Position numbers and translations under genes: made by a program. From the NCBI GenBank assembly GCA_009602735.1, contig WELA01002573.1, positions 62,001 through 112,645 on the forward strand: a DNA stretch of 50,645 nt, given 5' to 3'. Below, piece by piece: positions 37,784 through 47,990 of the stretch (positions are counted from its first letter, which is position 1; each line of letters starts with the position of its first letter). Origin of the DNA: Mesotaenium endlicherianum. Taxonomy: Eukaryota. Below the pieces are notes generated by a model. The model did not search any database. It saw only the letters and a program-made list of their open reading frames with translations, and was not told the origin of the DNA.

Positions 37784-38473
37784 TGGAATGAATCAATATA
37801 TTGGTTGATATAATATTCATTTAAATAAAATAGTCAATTAACTTCAGCCTGCTGAAGTCTAGTTAATATTCAGTCTGCAGGACTTTATAAAGTAATCAGT
37901 TTAATGACTCAGACGAGTTCAGCAGGCTGAAGTCAACTTAGGTCAGCTTGCTGACATAATCTTTGACAGCCACTTGACTTCCGTACTCAGTAGCAGCAAA
38001 CTGTCTAGATATGCATCTAAGTGTGGTGTGCTCGATGGATGGCCAGATGACATCCTTAGGATGGATGGCGATTCGGGATGATGGGAGATGGCGGTGGATT
38101 TGGTTAGCCGAGATCCTACCAACGTGGTTAACTCCCGGGTAGGCAGTGACATCGCACTGGCCGTTGAACAGTAAACTCATTCCATGTACATGTGCTAGGT
38201 ATTGCTCTCGAGTTCGGTATTCGAAAACAAGATATCTGGATCCAAGGCGAGGAGCCATTGATATGCACTGTCTTCTAGCCTTGCTTATGTATGAGTTTAC
38301 TGATTGCATTAATGATGCTAATTTACTTGCATTTGACTTGCGAGTATTGCCCACTGCTAGTATGTTGTCCTTTGCTGTTTAATCAATTGACAAAAAATAC
38401 CATAAAGATTACTTGCTGATATAAAGATCTTAATTATCTGTTAATCGCCTATTTGGCAAGTCGATCCATTTCA
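37784..38473 (+). repeat. 3' LTR of copy C
   Basis: Follows TAAGTTGGAGGGA; homologous to 7540-8259; ends CATTTCA. Confidence 0.93.
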
Positions 38474-38631
38474 GCACCTTAGAGTTGCATGGCCCCTCTG
38501 TGAGCTCCTTGTATAATACTTGATGTTGATTTTTAGGCCGGTTGCGTTAGTTGCACTACTACTGTGTGAATTGAAGATTTGTGCATATGCTTTTTAGATG
38601 CTTGTGTTAGAGGTGTCGGCGCCTTATTGCT
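38474..38631 (+). repeat. 158-bp segment shared with the flank of B
   Basis: Matches the reverse complement of 9088-9245. Confidence 0.9.
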
Positions 38632-40476
38632 ATAGAGTACCAACTTTTTTTCCTCCATTGTGTAGGGAATTTTTAGGCTCTTGAGGGTCTTATGCAGCCG
38701 ACAAGTAACAAATGTACTTTCATGTGTGCACATGTGTGGTTGTGTGATGTTGAGTCACCAATAACAACAAGCAATATAATCTTAGAAACTATGCGTATGT
38801 ACTTGTGTTACTGTGCTGCACTGAATGAAGCATTTACAGTCTCTATGTCACTACTTAATAATTGAATATTACACCTGCAGCTGTCGACAAGAGAATTCAT
38901 TAATTGATTAAAATGTATATATAAGTTGAGGTCTTGTACCCTATGCTCTGGTACCCCACCTCTTCTAACGTCAAGTGAATGTTAAGAAACTGCCTTTTTT
39001 GTAGCTCTGAAGGAATTTTTTATCTTATTTGGATGTATACGCACATCTTGCAATAGCGCCAAACACTATTTGTATGGTATGCTGCCTCTGAGAGTAATGT
39101 ACTTGCTTAATTAACTACGTATATAATCCTCAATCCGAAGCAGCTTTGGTGCGCGGCTGTGGAACTAGTTGAGAAGAAATTTGTTGCACAAGTCGGCATT
39201 ATGCATCATTTCCAATATACACCTGCCCGTTTTAACACCCGAGGGTTCTCTGCACTCGCCTTTAGCCACCAACTTCCCGTGCAACTTGCGCTCTCTCCAC
39301 ACGGCACAGCTTGTCTCCTAACTACTGGTTCCCAGGTAGCCTCCTTGCCAGCCTCTTGTAATTGCCTCTGAAAATCTAGGGCCCTTTTGGCCACTCATAG
39401 TCTAGCCTGCTGCAATGTAGTAGGCCTTGCAAAGGTCTCAATCCTGGCAGGACTAGACTTTGTCCCTGCTTCCTATCCCTCCTCCAATTCCTCCTGTTCC
39501 TCTAAGAGTGCTTGGGTCCTACCTGCTAAGCTGTCTAGCTGCTCTCTGGTAACTCCCCCCTTCTAAGACTTACCGGTAGTTGTTGGGTCCTAACTTCACT
39601 AAGATCCATCGCGCCTTTCTTGTTTGCCCATTTGACAAAAGCATGCTTGCTCATAGAAAAGGAGTCTCGAGTTCTGCTCCTCTCCTCGTTCATGTTCTCA
39701 CTCATATGCATCCAAAGTCCATCCAGTTTGGGATCCCAGGGTGCAATGTGAGATGGCAAGACTATGGTACCATCTAACCCAGGGCGGAAGTCATCCTCCT
39801 TAGCTCCGTCATTCTCTTGCTTCTTGATGACAATGGTCATCCAAACCAGTCCGTAGGCTGCAGGAAGAAACCCTCTCTTCAGCATGTAGGGATTCCAATG
39901 GGCAAAAAACATCTGCTGACTGGTCTCTCTGGTTAAGAACTCTCAACTCCTCGACTCTATCTCATTTTACAAGGGATGTAACCTGTTACGAGGTGTTGCA
40001 TGCCTAAAGCTATCAGGTTGCATCCAAATTATCATGATGACTCTCTAGGATCCCACTATTCTTGGCATTGGAATTGCTGAGCCCTCGTTGGCAATATATT
40101 CCACCATCCTGGCATAATTCTCGTATAGGACAAGGCCAATATGAGTCTCAATATACTACTCCAAGACTTGCTCCCCTTCTCTCTGTAGGACCGCTTGCTG
40201 CAGTACCCTTCTGATCTGGGCATACTTAAATTCCTCCTTGAATACATTACAGTTATTACCCAGTACTGTATACCGGTAGCTCTTTTGCCGTTTCTCTTTT
40301 GTCTTTTGTTGCCTCTCTATCTCAGCCTTCCCTTCCTCCTCAACTTTTCTGAGTTTTTCTTCCTTAGCTTTTTTGTGTTAAAATTGTCATCTGCCATTGT
40401 ACTCTTTTAACACTTGGTAAGGCAATCACTTCTCAATGCTGTTACTCTTGACTGATTTACAACAAGCATCACATAC

Positions 40477-41725
40477 TGTAATGAATCAGTTCATTAATTT
40501 CTTGAATCAGTTGCATATATAAATAAAATACTAAATAAGTATTATGTCTATATACTCACATGTGCTAAATGAATGTATGTCGATGTAATGCGAGTTTACT
40601 TACTTTGTCAAAAAGGTCAGCAGGATGACTTTTGTACCATAGTGTAGTTTGCTGACTTTGTTGAAAAGGTCAGCAGGATGACTTTTGTATCATAGTGTAG
40701 TTTGCTGAGATTTATATATCAGTTATATATAGGATATAATATCAGTAGGTTGACATATAGTAAGCTCGCTTGATATTAGTCAATATACTTAGCTTCAGTA
40801 CGCTGAGGATAGACATATTCATTTAGATTGTTATTTGTAGATTGGCACATGTGACGGAAGTATACTGAAAGTCGGGAGGTCGACTGAGATTCGGTGAACC
40901 GATGTCCTACCAGTGTGGTTAACTCCTGGGTAGGCGGTGCCGTCAGTCAACTGAACAGTTAGGACTTCAGTCAACCGACCAATTAATATGGTCGTTATAC
41001 CTAGATCCGTGGGTCCCAACTTAACGGGTTTCCCACGAAACGGCGCACCTTGCGCCATGGTCAACCAGGTGATCACTAGGTACATAGCAAGCTGGGATCT
41101 TGTGGTCCCGAATTCTGGACAGTAGGCTTTACAGTCGGATTTCTACTTGCAAGTCATAGATGCACTTTTGGGTTCGTTCTAATGACCAGCCTTCACGGAA
41201 ATTGACATGGCGGCTTCGTCTGTGCTCCAAATGGGACAAACTAGAATTGTTCGTAAAGGTCTCGTTAAGATGCATCCGTTGCCGTTAAGTTTGCTCAATT
41301 TGAAGTAGTATTGGCAGAGTTATGCCCTCTGACATTTTGGGGTCACACAGCGGACAGATTCCATGGTTTTGGACCTAAGTCAGTGGGATGTGTTTTAGCT
41401 ACATTATGGTCATCTGAATGAGAGCGCCTTTGCTATTCAGTCCCCTGATGTTGTGCATGTGCTATACATGCTTGCATGCCTGGTAGGCAAGAGGCCATGA
41501 GTTTCTAAAGGAGAAGCTCAAGTCCTCAAGCTCGCCTCTTACTTGTGCCTCGTGTTAGTGTGCAACTATGGCACACTACGATAAGTGAGTCAAGAGGTGT
41601 AGAGGAGTAAACGGAATTCATTATAAGGGGGAAGATCGCTCCCTGATTTCACACGCTTCCACCTATCTCTGATCTTATATATCTAAATGACATACATTTG
41701 GCTTGAATAAGCAAGGTTCATTTCA
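40477..41725 (+). repeat. Solo LTR D (1249 bp), distant relative of the A LTR
   Basis: TGTAATGAATCAG...TTCATTTCA; TSD CATAC (40472-40476 and 41726-41730). Confidence 0.92.
40602..40708 (+). repeat. Tandem duplication, 2 x 53 bp, inside LTR D
   Basis: ACTTTGT..AAAAGGTCAGCAGGATGACTTTTGTA.CATAGTGTAGTTTGCTG at 40602 and 40655. Confidence 0.9.
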
Positions 41726-42774
41726 CATACACGACACTGAGAAGAGCACTCTTTTCCTCACGGCTCAACTTTTTTCTCTTACTCTCAAGTGTACAATTTA
41801 CAACAGCTCAACTTCTCTATATTTTCTATTGCTGCTACCTACCAACCTCAAACTCATTGGCAGTCCTAGTTACTTAGAACCTGTACATACCTAGCATTGA
41901 TCGAACTCGATTGACCAGACACACATACATCAACCATCACACGAGTGAACACACGTGTCACACAAATAGAGCTAGAAATGCTTATTTTCGACATTCTGTT
42001 CTCCTTCTCCTTTCTGAGCCTTTCCTGTTCAGCTTGCTTATGTCTTTCCTCCTCTTCTTGCTTCCTCTTAGCCTCCAGCCGCTGCCGTAGACGCTTTAAC
42101 TCACAGCCCGGGATTGATGTTGCTTCGATGTCCTCTCAAAATTGATCGTTGGCTTTGTGTGCCTTCCTCTTTCTATTGAGGTTGTCCTTCTGCTTGGTCA
42201 TCCTGCTCGTATATACCACAACTCAATATATGTAGTAAATGTATACTTAAAACTTTGATCAAAGAGACATAGTTACACTCCATATTAGTGTTTAACACTA
42301 GGTGGCCCGGAGGTCCCCAGGTGGCCCATCTGTCACTTTTTGGCCCAACTACTTGCCCTCCTGGTTCCTGCTCGGATTTTCTTAATTATAACTTGTTTTG
42401 TACAAAATTAGCCTTAAAAGGAGGGCTATGTCACAACGACACTGGCAATAAATCAATGGGTAAATATTACCAAGTATGACGACGGGGGGGTAAAATTCAT
42501 AAAGCAGAAATGTCTGTTTCATCGAATAGAAGAGTGCGTAAATGTCACGAAATCGCTCTTCTTTTTCTTGCTCTTGTTGCTGTTTGCCGCCATAAATGAC
42601 GCTGAAAGTTTGCGCGACGCTCTGTTAGGTGCTAAGATACTTGTTCCGTGTGTAACCTTTGGTTGTACATGGGCATTTGATAAGTTTGGTGACGAATGTG
42701 TGGACATATTCTTAAGCGGAGGTGTGAAGAAGCGGTGTGAAACTAAGAGGAGCCAATAAGAGGCTTATGTTATT

Positions 42775-44865
42775 TTGTTTGCTTTTGACAAGACAAAACC
42801 GAAGTACACAAAAGCCTTAGTTGACCAAAACCTTAGAGGTGATCTAGAGAACTTTCAGGAAGTCAAACTCGGTGTTCACAAGCGGAAATCAGGTCCTGCA
42901 CAGCCTGATTCCCAGCCTGACTCTCAGGAGTTGTTTAGACAGTCACAGAGAGCTATTTCAGGCACACAGGACACAGATGACCAGCAGAATACTCCTCCTA
43001 GCATGTTAGAGAGTCAAGCAGACAAGAAAGAGAGGAAGGCCACCTATAAGCAACAAAATAGTAGCTCCTGCTCATAGAGTTAAGTTCGTTGCACAAGCCA
43101 AAGCAGCTAGCAAAAAGGAGAAAGGCAAATCTGTGCAGCTTGACTTTTATGATGATGATGGAGGTGACAGCTGTGATAGAGACAGTCCTGAGGAGGAGGG
43201 CCTGCCAACAGCTGCAACCATGGTGGAGGAGGAGGAGGAGGTAGAAGACTTGGAGGAGGATGAGCTCTCCAAGTGGGACTGGCAGCCTGCTGACTCTGGA
43301 GACACCTATGATGAAGACCTTCTAAAGAGCAATAAGAGTATATATCATGGACTTTAGGGCATCACCGACGAGAGATTTCGTGCTCTTTCCTCTTTTGGAA
43401 TAAACTGCTTGCTCATACCAATTTGGTTCTTTGAGCAACTTGCTGTAGAGACAAATAGATATGCAGCACAGAGTGGTGATAGAGCTTGGACTCTTGTGAG
43501 TTGCACACAGATAGTTGTATTTCATGGCCTGTGCATTGCCATGGGGCTGCATGCTTTGCCAAGACTCAGCAAATATTGGCAAAAAACAGTCAATGGACCT
43601 ATTACTCTGCCTTCCTTTGGTAGATTCATCAGCAGAAACCGGTTCAAAGAAATTAGGCAAAAACTTCCATGTCAAAGACAATAGAAGTAGATCTTGCTTT
43701 CCAAAAGACTCCAGAGAATATAAACTCTGGCAGCTGCAGTCCTTCACAGACCTTTGTCACCAGACTTGTGCTCAGTACTATAGTCCTGGAGAGGTCTTGA
43801 CTACAGATGAAAAAACAACACCTATTAGAAACTTGTAACGTCTTATCAGAGTCTACAATCCTTCCAAGCTATACAAGTATGGCATGCAAATATTTACAGG
43901 TCGTGATGGTATCACGTAATTTTGTATTGCTTTCATCATCTATGACAGGATAAAAATTGAAGGACTAAAGACTAAAACAGTATTGGACCTGGTTAGTATG
44001 TTGCCACTTGGAAGAGTCTTCAACTTTGTTATTGATAGAGGCTTCACCTCTCCTGAATTGTTCTCAATATTAGCAAAGAAAGGACATGGTGTTACAGGCA
44101 CTATTAAGATTATTAGGAAATACTACCCCACTAACATGGTCATGATGAGGCCCAACTTTCACCCACCTGGCTATACTCTAGCTGAATACAATGAGAGCCC
44201 TCCCATGATCGCATGTGTGTGGAATGACTCTAAACTATGTGCATTCCTATCAACAGCCAAAGGGCTGGCTCCTACAACTCAACTTAAGCGTGTGTCCGCA
44301 AAGGAGAAAAAGTAAGTGTCAGCTCCAAAAATAATAGAGCATTATAACACTTACAAAGATGGAGTAGATCAGTTTGATGCCCTATGCCTAGCTAGAAACT
44401 ACAATACTGAGGGTGCTAGTGAATAAAAAGTGGTGGCATGGGGCCTACTGAGGCATATTTGATGGACTTTTTGCTAACGCGTTCATTTTGCGTAAGATGG
44501 AGAATCTCGACGCTGACAGATTTGAGATGTACATGGAGGTAATGGATGGGATGTGCTACTTCCATCATCCTCATGATGCAGGCTCTAGCAAGGTGATGAC
44601 TAAAATTACTCCAGCCCATCCTACCGCAGATGCCAGGTGGACCCCCAGGTACTTCCTTGTGAAGGTCAAGGAAAGGAAGCGATGCGTGGTGTGCAACGCT
44701 GGCACTTTTGGACATCGTGCCGACGGCCCAAGAGCTCCCAAGATTCCATACATGTGTGAGCCTTGAAATGTCTATTTGTGTCCCTCTCCATGTTTTCAGA
44801 GATACCATATAGAGAGGATCATTGAGCATCTAGATGCAGGAGCTCGCAAGGAAGTAAGAGCTTAG
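42775..44865 (+). pseudogene. piggyBac-like DDD transposase (disrupted; start approximate)
   Basis: Acidic N-terminus, ETNRYA, SRNRFKEI, TTDE, PSKLYKYG, IDRGFTS, WNDSK..FLST, YN..KDGVDQFD, C-terminal RCVVC..C..YLC..CFQRYH. Confidence 0.88.
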
Positions 44866-45509
44866 GACAGCTAATAGATTATGCGCGTGTTTATCGACGA
44901 TTTTGGCAGATTATATAACATGCCATACCAATTGTATCTGAGCCTCACAGAAGCTGTAAAATTGTAGCAATAATACCATTAGGGACTTTGAATTACGGCA
45001 TTTTTTTTCTTTACAAAAAAAACCTAAAAATTGCTTAAGTTTGCACCTGATATCATAATATGGGAAGTTATTAAAATATTTATATAATTAAAATATAAAA
45101 ATAATCACACGTATCTGGGTAATCATGTCATACACTAGTGTGTAGAATATGAAAGCTTAATACCTTGCATAGAGGTCTGTAAGACATCCTATGTACATGT
45201 GAGTTTCAAAACTCTTGTTGGGCCACCCCAAATAGATGGTCCACACAAGACCCGGACTTGCCAAGTGCTACAACTGGTAGAGTATTTCTCTTTTGAGTTT
45301 GGATTTTTGTACACATACTCATTATGTATACAAGCACCTCTCGCTAAAATCACAGTATGTAGATTGAAGTGTGGAGAAAGTGGTGACTGCTCAAACTTAG
45401 CGCTTTTTTTGATGTTTGTTTTTACAAAATGTTTTCTACATTTTCGGTCAGAAAAGAAATCCACTTTACAAAAAAAGGTAGGGCCATGAAGAGGGAGATA
45501 TAACCTTCC

Positions 45510-45788
45510 AGACGATCGACAGACCGAGCGCGCGTCTAAAATCTCCTCAACCTCATATTCGTCAGAGTCGCCGTCCCTGACAGCGGGGACCGGTCCCGGT
45601 TGGACAGGTAACCGACCTGTGAACAGTGTATCACCTTTGATGTATGGTTCCACGAAGGAGACATTAAAGACCGGGTGACCCTTGTATTCGGCTGACATGT
45701 TCAGTTTGTAAGCATTCTGACCGACACGACGCACCACCGAATATGGACCGACCCAGACAGGGCCAAGCTTTTTCTTGACCACACCAGG
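45510..45788 (-). mobile_element. A-lineage integrase/chromodomain fragment embedded inside the piggyBac
   Basis: Matches ~5058-5336 of A (GVVKKKLGPVWVGPY...ILDARSV); no LTR or TSD. Confidence 0.9.
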
Positions 45789-46550
45789 CCACTTTTTCAC
45801 AGACCTATTGATGTACTCTAAACAATTCAAAGTGTGTGAGCAGTTGTTGGGCTTAAAAAAAAACATTCCGTTGGGCCACCTAGTGACAAGAACGTAGTCA
45901 TACAGTCATTATGGGTTCACTCTACCTTGTGTAATGAGGGAGCTCGAGAGATGTTCTTGGAAAGAGACGTTTCTGTGCCTACAGGACTGTGAGTGATTGA
46001 ATGTATGAGTAGATGTGAGCATATGAGTATCAGTAGTTGATTATGTAGAGTCCCGTTTCAAACTCCCAAAAAATTGTCACACTCTCTCCAACTTAAGTTA
46101 AGGGCTGCCTATCACCAACTGTCACATTTCTGCCACCTAACTAACACCTTCAGTCACTTTTCCCTCCAATTTAAATGGAGACAGGACCTCCTGTCACTTT
46201 TCCATGTCAACTGAAATGACAGTTAGGGTGATGTGCCAACTTCTTAAAGGTGAATTGTTTTAAAGCATCCTTTGCGTCAACCAAGTGGTCCTTAAAGTCC
46301 TAAGTGTCTCCAGATGCATCATCGCCCTTCCATCTGACCAGGTACTTCATAATAAATTTATATGATCGGCAAATCGAACGTGCTTCCAAAATCCGGTCTA
46401 CCTCATACTCCTCTGGATCCACATCCCGGACGACTGGTAACGATCCCGATTGGACAGGTAACCGACCCGTAAACAGTGTGTCACCCTGAATATATGGTTT
46501 TAGGAAAGAGACATTAAACATTGGATGACCGTTGCATTTCACTAACATGT

Positions 46551-47260
46551 TGAAAGGGGGAAGGGTGCGGGGAGTGCGCCCATACACACTCACGCACCCT
46601 CACTCGCGAGTGGAAGCGTGCACGAGGACCTTTCCTAGTTGCATACACAAGGTGGAGTGGCCTGGTGGTATGCCACCCTTGCAAGAGTTAGAGGGCTACA
46701 TGAGAGAGGAGTGGAAAGGAACTCACTTTATTAAGAAAAGTCGTGTACAAGATAAGAAGGTTAGACTAGACTAAGCTCCCTCTACTTCCTTGTGCTTCCC
46801 ATTTATCCTTTAACTCTAAGTGTCCTCTCTAGCAAAGTATCTCCAGAACCTTCTCCTATGGCTCCTTCCATGTAGGTGACCTTGCCTAGTTGGACAAGCT
46901 AGCACACTCACACGCACACAATCACTCTAGAATATTCTACAACACAATCCACTAACTCCTCACGGACTTTCTAGAAATTCCACGATCACTTTGGCACTCT
47001 ACGTAATTGTACGTACTTTCTGGAACCCTCATGTTTCAATGTCCTACTTCCTGGACTCCAACCGAAATTTTCGTCACTGGACCTGTCCTTGTCACTAAAT
47101 AGAATCTGTGACATTAAAAACTCACTAAAAACTTCCAAAATTCATAACTATCTCAATACTTGTCCAAATGACGTGAAATAAAGGCCAAAGTTCTTCTAAA
47201 ATCACACTCTATGCACATAAAATACTAGAAACAAACAAACTACACTTTGATAACCTTACA
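46551..47260 (-). repeat. 3' LTR of element G (related to the F LTR)
   Basis: Minus strand TGTAAGGTTA...CCCCCTTTCA preceded by GAGGACGTCGCATCTTGAGGAGGGGGATGA, as at the F 3' end. Confidence 0.85.
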
Positions 47261-47990
47261 TCATCCCCCTCCTCAAGATGCGACGTCCTCGGCGCATACT
47301 AAACATAAGTGACGTAATATGAGGACTCGAGCTCACATATACGCTAGAAAAACACATATGCACATATATTATACAAGTTGCAGGTCTTGAACAGGCTCCA
47401 GGTTGATACTCATTACTCCAAACTTGCTCCACTTAGTGAAAGCTCCATCGCATACATTGTCTCCACACATGGCGTCTCCTTACACAAGTGCATCTTCTCT
47501 TCAACTCCTTCGTCTTGGAATAGGCCAATATCTTCATAAGGGCTGTAACATACTCCCTCCATCATTTCCACATAGTCCAAAGCTGGATCCAAGGCATAGT
47601 AGTCCGCCAAATCGCCAAAATACTCATTCTTCGCCCCCTTGGACAAGTGGCAACTCCTCGTCGCGCCATGTGGCTTACTCGTGGTGCTCTTATAATTTTG
47701 ACCAGATTACATCATGAACCTAAGTCCACTATGTTCCTGAACCTTCTGGTACCCTTAGCTACCTCTAGCTCTAAGCCATACTCCTTGTAGAGGTATTGCA
47801 TTCTCTCACTCGTGTGCGTGACTCGTGGTGACCTCTCAAGACGCCAAGTGGCACCCCCCTGACTTTTTCTGACATTTTTAGCCTGAAAGTTGTGTAATCT
47901 ACATAATGTTTCCTCTCTGAACTCACTGGTATGCTTTGTTTCTCCTGATTCCAAGCCTAAGACCATGATACCAGATTGCAACTTGCCTCA
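47261..47990 (-). mobile_element. Interior of G: PPT plus highly degenerate coding-like sequence, no integrase
   Basis: PPT 47264-47275; possible protease relic IVDLGS*CNLV near 47720. Confidence 0.4.

Larger units (their letters stand above)
31689..38473 (+). mobile_element. Chromovirus copy C (A lineage), 5'-truncated in late gag
   Basis: Collinear with A from ~1554 to the LTR end; frameshift heptamer at 31794-31800; many stops. Confidence 0.95.
40376..41993 (-). repeat. Solo LTR related to the copia LTR, itself interrupted by solo LTR D
   Basis: TGTTAAAATTGTCATCTG...TGCTTATTTTCGACA resembles 26448-26808; flanks TTTTG/TTCTG (TSD, 1 mismatch). Confidence 0.8.
38925..42201 (-). pseudogene. 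Diverged ORF3 homologue in E (interrupted 40376-41993)
   Basis: MTKQKDNLNRKRKA start; WMTI, IVLPSHIAPWDPKLDG, RSRTRDSFS, KHAFVKWA, VRTQQ match A. Confidence 0.85.
42296..45885 (+). mobile_element. piggyBac-like DNA transposon
   Basis: 13-bp TIR CACTAGGTGGCCC / GGGCCACCTAGTG; left flank TTAA, right flank ACAA; transposase remnant inside. Confidence 0.88.
38925..46550 (-). mobile_element. Diverged chromovirus copy E: pol end, internal module and ORF3, split by solo LTRs and a piggyBac
   Basis: Chromodomain 46300-46550, module 46083-46197, ORF3 homologue 42201 down to ~38925. Confidence 0.85.

Noticed and set aside
31689..38473. Fungal RIP as the cause of the many stops
   Set aside because: Copies are not strongly AT-shifted; scattered transitions and indels fit ordinary decay of methylated TEs
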